Of a stretch of 64,000 nucleotides of DNA, positions 36,276-49,767 are shown piece after piece. Every line of letters starts with the position of its first letter. Positions within the stretch are counted from its first letter, which is position 1. Source of the DNA: Geosiphon pyriformis uo1. Taxonomy: Eukaryota; Fungi; Glomeromycota. The stretch is from positions 62,001-126,000 of the forward strand of contig JAAOMT010000468.1 of the NCBI GenBank assembly GCA_016748015.1. The letters are read 5' to 3'. The notes under the pieces were generated by a model. It was not told where the DNA came from and made no database searches. It saw nothing but the letters and a program-made list of their open reading frames with translations. Both the position numbers and the translations under genes were made by a program.

Positions 36276-37868
36276 TCACTGTTGGTCAGGATCTATTGTT
36301 CCAATGTTTAATTTGGCCAATTTTTCTGGCGTAAATTGATAGTATTCTAATGATTGTTGCCAATTTATTGAAGTGAGTTCACAATAGAGGGCGATTTCTG
36401 GGAAATTTAGAATTTCTTGTGGTGTTGATGCGTTTTCTAGCTCCATTCTGAGGTATCCAATGATGGTATCTTCCGGAATGTAGATGGGTTCTTCTGTGGT
36501 GTTTGCGATAAGAATTTTTATCCATTGAGCTTTATCAGCTGGAATAAAAAGGTTAGTAAGTCCTATGAGAAACTGTTGGCAAGTTTCTGGGTAGGGCTCA
36601 AATATTAGGTCTTTTTCTTTAATTGTTCTTTTTATTCTTATTTCTGATTTTCCATATGGTAGGAATGTGATGGACCACTCATTTTTAATTACTTTGCCTT
36701 TTTCTTCTATTGTTTCAGCAAAATTTACTTCAATTCCTTTTTCTGTCGATCTGAAACCAAAAGTTCCTCTTGTTGTTTGTGACAATTCCTCACGATTTTC
36801 CACTGGCACGAATTTCCCAATTTTTACCAATAGTAGGAAAATTGCTTGTGCAATCTTTTCCTTAGATTCAATGGTATAAGGCTTTTTTGAATTGTTTTGT
36901 AGCAAAACCATCAAATTTCCAGTGTATCTGGAGTCAATTACTCCTCCTTGAATGCTTATTCCTTTTTTCGTGAGGCTTGATTGCGACGCCATTTGAACCA
37001 TTATTCCTGGCGGAATTTCAACCACTATTTTTAGATCAATTTTGGTGATGCTCCTGGGTGGTAACGTTGTGGATTGGTCTTCTGGATAACATAGATCGAA
37101 TCCAGTGTTGGTTGGATGGGCTCTTTCAGGTATTATTCCTAAGTGCCCGTTGTCGAAGTATCGGATGTCGGTCATCTGTTCTAGGTTGGTATAGGCTACA
37201 AATTTTTCTGACTCAGGACCGTCAGGTGAGTCTTGTTGATTTATTGATTGATTTTGAGACTGCTGATTCTCAATTTCCATTTTTCTTTCTAAGTCCCTTT
37301 CGTCTTGACACTTTTCACAGCACTGATTTTGGCACGGGATGAGACAGTTTTTGCAGAGGTAAGTGTTAATTTGGGTGAGGTATTGTTCTTGCTCTTGTCG
37401 AGTGGAGCATAGTTGTTGGTAGTAGTCCTGAAATTCGTCCATTGGGTCAAACATGTTGTAGCTGGTGACTTCGTCGGCTACTTCGGCTGACTCTTTCCAA
37501 CGTCGTATTTCTTCGGTGGTTCCTTCTCTTACTTTGGCTTGTGCAGTGTTGTACAACTTGTCCTCGTCATGTGGATAGTGCTGTAGTCTTTTTAACGCTC
37601 TGTTGAATGCTGCTTCGAATGGCGTTCCTTCTCTTACCCAGTCACAAATAAGGATCGTGTATTGGCAAGTTGCATCACATGTTTCTCCTCTGCCTGGTAA
37701 GTCATTCCAGTCGCACCCTCTTGGTAATGGTTCTCCACAAGTGAGACACGGTTTCTCGTCCCATTTTCCGTGTCTTTCTGGGTAACTGTATTTTTCTTTG
37801 TTACAATGGTTACAATAGTAGTGGGTGGGGTTTCTTGGGTCTTCATCTGGTGTGCTGCACGCAGTCAT
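36276..37868 (-). pseudogene. Gypsy B Cys-rich domain plus dUTPase (about 37169-36741) plus linker
   Basis: Five dUTPase motifs, partly mutated: TGFDL, ASQSSL, GGVIDSRYTG, KIAQ, RGTFGFRST. Confidence 0.9.
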
Positions 37869-37939
37869 AGACGAGAGTTTCTTCTTGCAAACCGAGCATT
37901 CTAGCTTTGGTCTGCGTCGCTGGTGGTTTCTTCGTGAAC

Positions 37940-38584
37940 TTACCTGGTTCTATTCATTGGTATGGCTGGTAGTCCTGTTCTTTGGTCATCAGCCCAAGAG
38001 AGCTGATAGGTTTCGATGACTAATAGTGCTGGATTTTCCTCAAATTCGAAGGTAGGTCTTTGGTTGGTGCTGGGTTTTTGGAAGTGGCCACAGGTGGCTG
38101 GAATTTTGGCCTGGTGGCCATTATAATTGATCAGAAGCTCTTGGGTGGTCCAGTTTAGGGTGGCATTGGCTTTTGTTAACCAGTCATTTCCTACTAACCC
38201 TTGATATTGTGTAGCGTCCATTACTAATACTTTTGTAGGTATTACTATGCCGTTAATTTCGAAAGGAAATGAATCAATTTCGCCATGAGGCAGCTTTGTA
38301 CTTCCATCGGCTATTATAATTTGGGACGTCGTGGCATGATCAACTTTGAAATCCAGTTGGTTTACTAGTTGAAGCATTATAATGCTTCCAGCGGATCCGC
38401 TGTCTAAGATAAGTTTGATTGGGGTATTGTTTACAGTGGCTTCCATATACATAGCAGTGATTGGGCGTTTTTCGTCCAATGCTGCTCCACTGAACATAGC
38501 CTCGTTTTCCTCTAATTCAAAAGGAAAAATAGCTGCGAGGCTGCTATCTTCAGTGGCAACTGCTGGTGGTATTGTCTGGCTCAA
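37940..38584 (-). pseudogene. Gypsy B aspartic protease
   Basis: LILDSGSAGSI...LVGNDWL. Confidence 0.92.
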
Positions 38585-38764
38585 TTTGGAGGAATTCTTG
38601 GTTCTGTTTATGTTTCTACCATCATTGTTTCCGATGATCAGGTTTTCCAGTATATTAAGGTAAGTTTGTTAATAATTTTGGTAGTTTGGATTGGTTTGCT
38701 AATTGGTTCCGGCATGGTTTGGATTCCTCTGGACCAACGCGTTTTGGTTCCACATGGGCTGATT

Positions 38765-40594
38765 TTAGGTCTCAGGACGCCAATTCAGATTGGTTATCAT
38801 GGGCTGTTGCTGATAAGCTCCTTGATTTTGATATGTGGTGGGATATTGGCGTGGTATTGGTGTGTACTGGTTTCTGGGCATTTGGGATGGCGTGTAGTAA
38901 TTATTTTCGCATGCTTCCTGCATCATTTGCATTCGACATTGACTAATCAAATGTCCTATGCATTTGCAAAAATGGCAGGCGCATGTTTCTGTTCTGAATT
39001 TCTGGCACGACGAGCGATTATTTCGACTGTCACTGACTTCCTGGCTGCATCTTTGGGGTGGTTGGTATGTATTTTTTCTCAGATCCAGAATGAGGTAACT
39101 TTCTATTTTCTTAGAGAGTTCCTCTCTTAATCGCATTACTTTTTTCTCTAATATTTCTGTCTTATTTTCCTTCATTATCATGTTAACTATTTGACTATGG
39201 TTAGCTTCTTTCTCAGCCGATTCAAGGGCTCTGGCGAGCGTAACGGCTTCTGGTAAGGAATTAGGGTGGGCAGGACATACTCTTCTTAAAATGCTGCTTT
39301 TTAATCCTCTAATAAACTGATTTAAAACCTGAGGATCAGTGTAGTATCCTTGTTCAATCACTTCAATCTGACGGCGAATTTGATTGAATCGAGCAAGGTA
39401 TTGGGTGACAGTTTTACCAGTATTTTGCTTGATAGTATTGAATTCGTTTTGTAGTTGGATTATGGCGTTTGGGTCACTAAAATACTCCAGGAGTGCATTT
39501 TTAAATTCGGCAAAGCTCGTGGGTTTTGTTTCCAGGCTTTGATACCACAAGTCGGCTGTGCCTTTCAGAAAGAAAGGTAATGTTTGAATTGCTCTTTGGT
39601 TGTTCCAGTTATTTGCCTGGATGGCTTTTTGTGCTTCTCTGAGCCATGTGTGCATGTCCATTTCTTCTTCCTCTTCTGAGAAATCTGTTAGTCTTGCAAT
39701 GTATAATGTGGTTATTTTGTTGCCGTTTTCTGCTGGTGAGTTTATTGGTCTAAGAAGAGGTGAGATGATATTTCCTTGAGCGTTCCTAAAAGTGGCTTCT
39801 CTTATATCCGGTTCTTTCTCTTGATCACGAGTTTCTTGGTTTCTGGACTGGCTGCTTGTTCCAGTGACTGGTCTTGTGATTGTTTTTTCACTGGTTTTTT
39901 TTTCGGATTCCGATTCAGACTCCTTTTCACGGTTTTCAAACCCCATTTTAAATTTTGGCTGAAAAAAAGGGTTTTGGAATAGTGATGAATATCCTCCTGT
40001 AATTGGTATGTCTCCCCAGTTATGTTGTTTAATTTTATCAGTATAACTAGGAGTTCTTGGCATTTGTGAAGTTGATGTTGATGATGATGCAGCTTCTAAT
40101 GGAATTTGTATTTTATTTTCTGGTAAAAAATGGTATGATTTATTTTCTGGTGAATAAATACGTTGTTTCTTTATTGATTGAGTGACAGTTTTCTTTGGTG
40201 TTTGAGCTGGTGTTCCTAGTTTTTGCTGGTTACTTTCCTGATTAGTTTCTAAATTTTCTTTGGTTTTGTTGGTGTGTTCCCTAGTGTTTCCTGTGGATAT
40301 TGGAAAATTTTTGTTGGCGTATTGCTCAATTTCTCGATGGATTTTGACAATAGTTGCGGCTATTACTGCTACTTCTTTTGTAGTGTATTGTGATAATTTT
40401 CTATACAATCCAAGTTTTGCGTTGTGTGGTTTTTCTTCCTTTCCTATATGATAATTTATTCTGGCATTGATATAATAAGTGAGAGCAGATTCTGCTGGAC
40501 AACACCCTTCTGGTAATCCAAGATCACTTTGATTTTGTGTGTAAATAGCACGGCAGAATTCAAGAACAGTAAGATTAGGGGTTTTTGTCGCCAC
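38765..40594 (-). pseudogene. Gypsy B gag (capsid, CCHC knuckle)
   Basis: FLKGTADLWY..FIRGL retrotransposon gag pattern; CHFCKCIGHLISQC. In frame with the protease across transition-type stops. Confidence 0.9.
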
Positions 40595-40977
40595 TTTTGT
40601 CTTTTCTTTTTTAGCAATGAATTATTGCTAATTATTATTTCTTTTTTGATTTTCTTTCCTCATAGGGTTCACCAAATGTTACGGGATGGTTTTCTTGTTA
40701 TATTTAATTGCTGATATCTCGCTTTAATTGCAATCAGTCTTTCATGAGTTCTTCAATTCTATTTGTGTGATAATGTCACTGTTATACTGAAGGCTTTCTT
40801 TTTACTGTTGTGATGTAAGTTATTCTTTAATTTTTGATTGTTGTGTGTGTTTATGTACTCCTTCTCAGAGGCTGAACTGAAATCTACCCACTGTCTGGGG
40901 TCTTCTCTGAGGCTATCCTTGCAATTGCCTGATGTGTTTCTCTAATCTAGAAACACAGAATGTTAATGGTCTTTAGC

Positions 40978-40997
40978 NNNNNNNNNNNNNNNNNNNN
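40978..40997. other. Assembly gap (20 N)
   Basis: N run inside the Gypsy B 5' LTR. Confidence 1.
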
Positions 40998-41229
40998 TGA
41001 TAGTTCAGTTTTAAATATTCTTTTTCATTTCTTTTTGATTTTAAAGGTTTCTTGGGATATTTAATTTGAAAGTATGATTTAAAGTGGAGTTTGTTGGATA
41101 AAATTGGATCTGTTGCTTGATAAATTATGATTTTTATTACTTGATTGATTATTTCCCAATATTAAAACTACTGTATATATACATGTTTGTAGTTCTACGA
41201 GAAAATACTTTCTTTTTAATATTTCAACC

Positions 41230-41315
41230 TGGTGTTTGCTGCTATCACCAGTTGGTGTTGGCTGCTATTGTGAACTGGTGCTTGCCACTATCACGAAATG
41301 GTGTTTGCTACTATG
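41230..41315. repeat. 23-bp tandem repeat, about 4 copies, in LTR B
   Basis: TGGTGTTTGCTGCTATCAC.. units at 41230, 41253, 41276 and 41299. Confidence 0.85.
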
Positions 41316-43982
41316 TTAATCATTACCTTTCTAAGATTATTACTGTGCTATATTATGATTGAATAGTTTGTATTATTTTTATGATTCTTTTTGCTAAATT
41401 TTTAAACCGTAACAGTGATATGGTTTCAGTTGATTATCATGTGCTGCTTTGGTTAAGATTTTGTTGTCCCATTTTAATTTATAAGCTTCATTTTCAAGAA
41501 TTTCTTTTATGTGAAATAGTCCATCCCATTTGGGGTCAAATTTTCCATTCCATTGTTTTTCCACTTTAGTACAATATAGAAGTACTTTGTTTCTAATCTT
41601 AAATTCAACTAATTTATTTGGTAATTGGTTATCATGTCATTCTTTTTGCTTTTTTTGAGACTTTTAAATGTTATCAGCTGCTTTTCATTGTCTGTTTTCT
41701 AGTGGTTCTATTAGGTCATATGTTCTTCTCAACAATGTTTTTTGGAAATTAGCTTTTGTTATTGGTTCAGTTGGATATGTGTTGACCTTTATTTCAACTG
41801 GTAATGTTGCTGTTCTACCATATACTAATTCAAATAATGTTGCTTGTATAGTATCTTGTCTCATTATTTGATAAGCAAATAATACTGATGGTATAAACAA
41901 ATCCCATTCATTTTGGTTTTCTTGACTGATTTTAGTGATTGCTTCACACAATGTTCTATTAAATCTTTCAACTAGTCTATTGGTTTATGGATGATATAAT
42001 AATGATAATAGTCTTTTTATCCCAAATCTTTGGCTCAATTCTGTTAATGTTCTGTTTACAAAATGAGTTCCTTGGTCTGATAATAATTCCTTTGGACATC
42101 CATGTTGACAAATTAAATCTTGATAAACAAATTCGGCGACAAATTCTGCATCTGCTCTTTGAATGGCTTTTGTTTCTGGCCATTTAGTGAGATAGTCTAT
42201 GGCTACTGCAATATATCTGTTGTCTCTACTGGTAATTGTTAATGGTCTGACTAAGTCAATTCCAATGTGATCAAATGGTTGTTCTACTTTAATTAGTCTT
42301 AATGGTTCACTGAGTTTTGTTCCATCTCTTCTTTAACAAGCATCACAACTTTGAACATATTGGATGATATCTGGATATATTGATGACCAATAGTATCTTT
42401 TTCTGGTTCTTTCTATGATTGCTTCTTTATAAAAATGTTCTGCTGTTGGATTTGAATGCATGTTAAACAATATTGTTTCTTTTTCTGGTTCTGTAATTAC
42501 TCTAATTGGTTGGTCTGGATTTCTTCTGTTTTTCTGGTAAAGTATATTTTGATGATTGATGAAATATTTTGATTGCTGTTTTATGTTGTTTTGTTCTTTT
42601 TGAGATAATTTCTTCTTGAACAATTGAATATTTATATAATGCTGGAGTTGTTGGTATTTTTGTGTATTTATCTTTTGTTATATTTTTGGGTTGAAATGTT
42701 TTTAAATTTGTCTTATTCACAACAATCTGTTGATATTTCCATTGTCTTTTCCCTTTTTATAATGTACTGTATAATTGAATGATGAAAGTTCTATTTTTCA
42801 TTTGGCATGACAATCATCTGCAAATTCTTGTTTTTAGATTGAAATCAATCCTTTGTGATCCATATATATTTCAAACTTTTGGCTTAAGTATTCTCTCTAT
42901 TTAATGACAGCCCAATAGATTGCTAAGTGTTTCAGTGCTAGAGTTCCATAGTTCTTTTTAGCTAGACTTAAACTTTTACTGGTGTAAGCTACTGGATGCT
43001 CTTTTCTATCAGGTCCTTTCTGTGATAGTACTGTTCTCAATGCTTGACCTGATGCATCAGTAGTAATGATAAATGGTTTGTTGTGATCTGGATACATTAA
43101 TACTGGAGCTTGGATAAGCTTTTTTCTCAATGTGTCAAATGCTTCTTGTTGAGCTTCAGTCCATTTATACTTTACATTCTTGGTTTGTAGATGGTGAAGT
43201 GGTTGAGCTAGTTTAGAAAAGTTCTTAATGAAGTGGTAATAGTAGTCTACGAATTCCAAAAATGCTCTTAGTTCTGGCAAGTTGGCTGGTACTGGAAAGT
43301 TCTTAACTACTTCAATCTTGTTTAGATCTGTTTTGATTCTGTCTTTGCTTATCACATGTCCCAAAAACTTGAGTTCAGTTTTTTTAAAGAAACATTTGGT
43401 TGTATTTAGTTTCAATCCAGCTCTTTTTAACCTTTTGAATACTTGTTGGAGATAATACAAATGATCATTGAATGTTTTTGAGAACATATTGGTGTTATCT
43501 AAGTATACAATTACTGATTTCCATAGTAATCCAGTATAGACAATTTCCATAAGCCATTGGAATGTTGTTGGAGCATTCATCAAGCCAAATGGCATGACTT
43601 TAAACTCAAAATTTCTTTTTCTTGTAGTGAATGTTGTTTTTTCTTTGTTGGCTGGATCCATGGCTACTTGTTAGTAACCACTATCTAAGTTCAGTGTTGA
43701 AAACCATTTATTTCTTCCAAAAGCATCAAATAGTTCTTGAATCTTTGGAGTTGGATAGTTATCACCTTTTGTTACTCCATTCAGTTTCCAGTAGTCTACA
43801 CAAAAACAGATTTTTCTATTCTTCTTATGGACTAGTACTACTGGTGATGACCATAGACTTATTGATGGCTGAATTAGCCCATTGTCAAACATCCGGTTGA
43901 TTTCTTGATAAATAATCTCATGGCTAGCTGGTAATACTCTGTATGCTTTTTGTTTAATTGGCATTATATCTTCAGTCTTGAT

Positions 43983-44927
43983 CTAATGCTGGATGATGTT
44001 GGTTTGGCCAAATTCATTTTCATTAGCAAAGATGTCATTGAAATTGTTGAGTAACATTCTGAGTTGCATTTGTTGAAGTGGATCTAGATTCCCTATGTTT
44101 ATCTGTTTTAATTGTTCTGGTTGGAGCAAATAACATTTACTTTGTCTGTAAATGGTTTGTGATGTAATGTTTACATATTCGCAAAGCTGTGGAAAATCTG
44201 GAATGTGATTTGGTGGTTGATCTTCAACTTCAGTGGTCAAATATCCAATAATAGTTCCCTTTGGTATTTCAATGACACTTCCAGTTGTATTGTAGATAGG
44301 AATTTTGATGTTTTTGGGGCTTTTGGCTGATATATAGAGATTAATCAGTCCAATCTCCCCTAATTCACAAATAGTGGCTTCTGCTTCAAACAACTGAGCT
44401 TGATTTTTTACTTCTCTTTTTATAAGTAACATATACTGGTCATATGGTGGAATGGAAATTGATTGGCAGATTGAGATAATTTCTCTTTTGTTAATAACCT
44501 CTTCCTCTGTTATATTAACTGGTATGTCTATTCTACCCATTGATCCAAATTCTTGTATCCCTCTAGCAGTAATCCCTAATTCTTCTCTGTTTCCCACTAA
44601 CACTAATTGAGCTATTTTTACCAAAGGTAGGAATATTGCTTGTACTATTTTTTCATTTGGCTCTATGATATAGGCTTTTTCAGAGTCATTTTGTAGCATA
44701 ACAATAATATTTTCTACATACCTTGCATCAATTATTCCTTCTTTGATGTTGATTTTTTTTTTCATTAGGCTACTTCTAGATGCTAATTGAACTATGGTTG
44801 TTGCTAAAATTTCCAGAGCTATTTTGAGATCAACACATGTGTGCAAATTTGGTTCCAATTTGATGGCTTTTTTTTCCAGATATCTCAGATCAAACTCTGC
44901 GTCAGTATCACACATGTATTCTGGCAT
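43983..44927 (-). pseudogene. Gypsy A dUTPase plus linker
   Basis: DAEFDL, ASRSSL, GIIDARY, KIVQ, RGIQEFGS. Confidence 0.9.
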
Positions 44928-47900
44928 AATACCTTCATTATTGTCATTATATCATTTGAGTTCCTGCTCTTTAGATAGATTAGAAAGCACAATATATATT
45001 TTGGAGTTTAAATCAGAGTTTGAATTGCTGATATTTTTGTTGCCATTTTGAGTGGAGCTAGAATCATTATTTTCATCATTGTCGTTGTCAAAGTTTAAAT
45101 TGGGATTGAAAATTGATTCTGATTTTGATGTACAGTTGCTGATTGGTTCTTTTTTCTCTGGAATCATGTAGATCATGCATGGTAGTAGATTGTAAATAAG
45201 GTCACACTTATTACAATATTGAAAGTCACATGAAATCAAACAGTGGTCACATAGTCAAGTGTTGATTTTTTCTAAGCATTGCTCCTGTTTTTCTCTCGTA
45301 AGTGCTAGTTCTTGATAATGTTTGTGGAATTGTTCTGGATCTAGAAGATTTATGACTGGTTCTGGGTCCCAGTCGAGTTCTATAGGTTCAGGTGGGTTAT
45401 TTTTAATTGTTTTTATCTCTTCTGGTGTCATTTCTTTGATTTTGGCAAGTGCCATTTGTCAGATTTTGTTATCATTGTGTGGACATCCATCTAGACATTT
45501 AATGGCTCATTTCCAAACAGCATCTATGGGCATTCTTTTCCTCACCCAGTTACTTATGAGAATCATGTATTGACACAATTCATTGCATGTTCCTCTTTGC
45601 CCAGGAATGTCGTTCCACATTCCTTTATCCAGAAAAGTTTCTCCACAAGCCAAGCATAGTTCATTGTCTCATTTTTCAATCTGTTTTGGCCTTCCAAAGT
45701 GTTCAATGACACATGGACAGCAGTAGAATTTTGTTGTCAAAGTGTACTCCTCATTATCGCCACAACAAGTATCTATTGACAACAATTTCTTGTCACAATT
45801 GATGCATACCAGTTTTGGGCAATAATAAGTGGATTGGTGGAATGTAGTGTAGGAATTATAAGTGGAGTTGCTGTTGGTTGTTGGTTCTTTTTCCTTCACC
45901 TTTCTTTTTCTCTTTTTGTCTTCTTTCCATTCCCAATTTATTTGTTCTTCCTGGTTATTGTTAGTTTTCCAGGCTTGGTCAGCTTTCCAAGTAAGTTCTT
46001 TGCTCTGTTTTCCTTTGCTGTTGTTGTCCCACAAAGGTACTGGTGACAGCTTGTTGTGTTTGGTATCAGCTCAGGAAACTTGGTAGGCTTCTCAGATAGG
46101 TTTCTTCTCCTCTTCCTCAAATTTAATAAGTGGAGTTGTCGAGTTGGTGGTCTTGAAATGGCCACACGTGGCTGGTACATGTGTGTGTTAGCTGTTCTGG
46201 CTAATTTGAAGCTTTTGTGTATTCCAATCAAGCAACACGTTGTTTTTGGATAGCCAATCATTCCCAATAAGTGCTTGGTATTGGGTGGCTTCTATGACCA
46301 GTACTTTGATTGGGACCATGATACTGTTAACTTCAATGGGGAAGTCGTCAATCTCACCAATAGAAGTTTTTGTTGCTCCATCAGCAGTTATGATCCTGGT
46401 GCTGACAGCACGATTAACTTGGCAACCTAATTGGTTCATGAGTTGTTTTGTAATAATGCTGCCAGCTGATCCACTGTTTAGGATCAGTTTGATGAAGTGG
46501 CCATCAACTTTGGCATCAGTATACATAGCCATAATAGGTTTTTCTTCAAGAGCAGTTCCACTAAATGACAGTATGGTCAACAGTTCTTCGAGTTTAAATG
46601 GGAAGATGGTGTCCAGTAATTCATTTTCGGTAATAGTAGCTGGTAGAATATTGCTGATAAGTGTTGGTTGTTGATTGGTCTCCAAATTATTGGGTTGGGC
46701 ATCTTCTGTGATAACCAGAAGACTTAAATAGTTTTGGGAATTCAGGTTTTGGGCGTATTCAGTGCCCAAATTCCATTGTCGAAATTCTGCTGGTTGTGTG
46801 GAAAAACTGAGGATCAGTTAGTAAACTATCATTGATGATCTCCAGCTTTGTTGGATTAATCTCAGCCTTTGGATTCCATTTTGAGGTAAGTTCTGTGGCA
46901 GTATTTGAATTTGTTAGAGCTGATAAATTACCTAAGGCTGCAGCTGATAAATAGGTTGTGACTGTGGCTGATAAATTGTTGGTTTTGTCAGTTGATAAAT
47001 TGGTGCTTGATATACTGGTGAATGATAAAGTGACTGCTGTGTCATAAGTATGTAATTCTGATGATATGGCTCTGAGTTTGGTAGATTATTCAGAATTTGA
47101 AACTGGTAATTGGGGTTTTGATATTGATTTCCCAATTGTTGATTATTTAAATAATGGTGGCAATCAATTTGTAGGTGTTCTTATTTATCACAATAGTAGC
47201 AAACATGCATTTTTTGTTGCCACTGTTAATTGGTTGATAATGATAGACATGACTGATTCTGAAAATGATTTACATTTCTGGAATTATTGCATTGTTGTGG
47301 TGGTTGATAAATTGCACAATTGTCAGCTAAGTATCTCTTTAATTTCTGATTAATGGAATCACTAAATTGTTTCAATTTGAAATCTAATTCAGATGATCCA
47401 TTTATTACTAAGTTAATGGCTTGGGCATGATTAGCTTTGAATTCAGCAGCTTCAAAATCTTGGGCATTTGTGACAGCTGTTTGTAGATTAATAAGATGTA
47501 ATAAATGTATGCATTGCAGGATGCTACTGCGTAATCTGCAAATAAACTGATTTAGAATCTGGGCCATTGTAAAATAATTGGCATTGATGGCTTGGATCTG
47601 GTGCAGATTTCTGTAAAAGTGTCTTAAGTAAGTAGTGACTGCTTTATTTTCTCTTTGTTTGATGGTAGTGAATGTGTTTGCTAGTCTGTTAATGCTGTTA
47701 TTGTTGCTGAAGTATTGTAAGAACTCAATTTTGAATGTATTGAAATCTTGGGGTTTGTTGACTAGACTTTGGTATCATGAATTGGCAGTATCTTGGAGAA
47801 AATATGGGATGGCTTGCATGGCTCTGGCATTATTCTATTCATTAACTACAATGGCTTTCTCCACATTATTTAGCCATACTTGGGCATCGTCCTCTTCGCC

Positions 47901-48901
47901 AGTGAATTTTTTGAGTTTGGCTATTGGTGCATATGCCATTGGATCTAAGTTGGGTTGTGGTTGCTGCTGGATTTGTTGTTGAGATAGCAGTTGTGGCTGT
48001 TGTTGCTGTTGGGCATTTGGTGGAGCTAGTAGTAGATTGATCACAATTACTGGAAGTAAATGCTGATTAATTACATTGGGGTTTTGATTATTCTGATTTT
48101 TCAGAGTTTGATTAACCAAAGTTTTAATTTCTAAATGTTCTAGGATTGGGTTTTGCTTATTAACTTCTCGATTGCTACTCTCTTCTTTCTCAAAGTCGGT
48201 TATTTTCCAAGGACTAACAGCTCCAAAATCTGGTTGTAGTGGTGGTAATTGAATTCCTGATGGCGTTGGGAATCATGATTTAAATCCCTCAAAATAATTG
48301 CCATATGTTCCTAATAACTCTGTCTTCTTTTGTTTACTTTGGAATAGAATTCTGTTTAATAGTGTTGTCGCGCTTGTTATAACTGTGTTTATTATATTGA
48401 TAATGTTTCCGGGTATATGGTAATATGATAGATTAGCAGGTGAATCAAATCTTTGTTTTTTCCAAGTGGGTAGTTGGATTTGCTTTGGTGTTCCTATTGG
48501 TGTTTGTAGTCTTCCTTTGTCTTTGTCTGCAAAAGTGATAGAAAATTTCTGTTTGGTGTATTTTTCAATTTCCCTGTTTATTTCTGTAATTAGGAGTGTA
48601 AATAGGTAATTTTGTGAAAGGATAGTGCTTTGGAGTAATTGACTAAAGAAGTTGTTGAAGGTGGATTTTGGATCTCCTTGGCCTTCCAAGTAATATACTA
48701 TTCTTTCATTGACATAACAATTGAAAACTAATTCAGTTGGCCAATTATTATTTGTTAATCCGAGATGAGTATGATAGTATTGGAATAAAGATTTTGCAAA
48801 TTCTAAATGATTTGTTCTTATTTTTTCGGATTCTGCCACTGTTTGGATGATTATAATTGGTGCTGTTCTCTGTAGGATTATACTTCACAGGAAGCACCAA
48901 A

Positions 48902-49767
48902 TGTTACAGATGATTATTTGGAGTCTTAAATCAAATAACAAATCCATAACTTGGTGTTCAATATCTTAACAATGCTGGTGTTACTGGTACGTTGGTTGTA
49001 TCTAAAGGTTTTTTAGAGTTGAGTCCTTTGTATAATGAACAGAGATTCAATAATGATGTAGTTGGTTGGTAAGTTATGTTCCCAATTTCTGGTTTTAGCT
49101 TGGTGGCCAGTTTATTCTGGCAGTTATGCTCTTCTGATAAGCTATCTGTTAATATATATATAATTTTACCCTTATTTCTGGGTCTTTTACCAGACTATCT
49201 GTGACGTCAATTACTCAGTGCTTTAATTCTTAATCAGTTAGTATATGACAGTAAAAATCAAAGAAAAAAAGAAATAAAAGAAAATAAAGAAATGAGCCAA
49301 GGCAATGTGCACATTAGTATCTCATCAATAGCCATGATCAAAAGCTATTGTTTTAGTATAGTTAGGTATCAATTACTATCAACATAAAGTGTTAATAGTG
49401 GAGAGTAGATTTGGATAGTGAATAATTTATTTATTTAATATTTGTGGATGAAAGATTTCTAACTAAAGGATTCTTATCTTTCTACTTCTAACACTATCAC
49501 TATATATACATAATTGATGTTCTATGAGATTGCTCATATTTCTGAGTAATGTGCTATAATTTCTTAAGCAATGTGCTCTAATTTTCTAATATCACTCCAC
49601 ATTGCTAAACAATGTGCCATGTTTTCTGACATTGCTCCACATTGCTAAGCAATGTGCCATGATTTCTATCATTGCTCTACATTGTTGAGCAATGTGTTTA
49701 CATGCTACATACTATTCACTTATTAGTCTACTATTCTTCTTATATCTGTTTTTTTTTATAAGTAACA
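48902..49767 (-). repeat. Gypsy A 5' LTR
   Basis: Direct repeat of 31164-32050, adjacent to the PBS. Confidence 0.95.

Larger units (their letters stand above)
32881..41414 (-). mobile_element. Ty3/Gypsy element B, least decayed copy, nested in the integrase C-terminus of A
   Basis: Termini TGTTACGG...CCGTAACA with GTGA TSD on both sides. LTRs at 40677-41414 and from 32881 into the gap at 33151. PBS TGGTGAACCCTATGAGG. Confidence 0.95.
31164..49767 (-). mobile_element. Ty3/Gypsy element A: gag, PR, Cys-rich domain, dUTPase, RT, RNase H, IN, ORF3; degenerate
   Basis: LTRs at 48902-49767 (5') and 31164-32050 (3'). PBS TGGTGCTTCCTGTGAAG at about 48883-48899. PPT at 32051-32066. TSD CTGG/CCGG. 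Motifs LILNSGS and VYLDNT, plus integrase fragments. Confidence 0.95.

Noticed and set aside
37868-37990. Programmed frameshift between PR and the Cys-rich domain in B
   Set aside because: The same junction is in frame in A, so this is most likely a copy-specific indel.
40998-41000. TGA after the gap as the right TSD of Gypsy B
   Set aside because: The true end is CCGTAACA|GTGA at 41414, where A's integrase frame rejoins.
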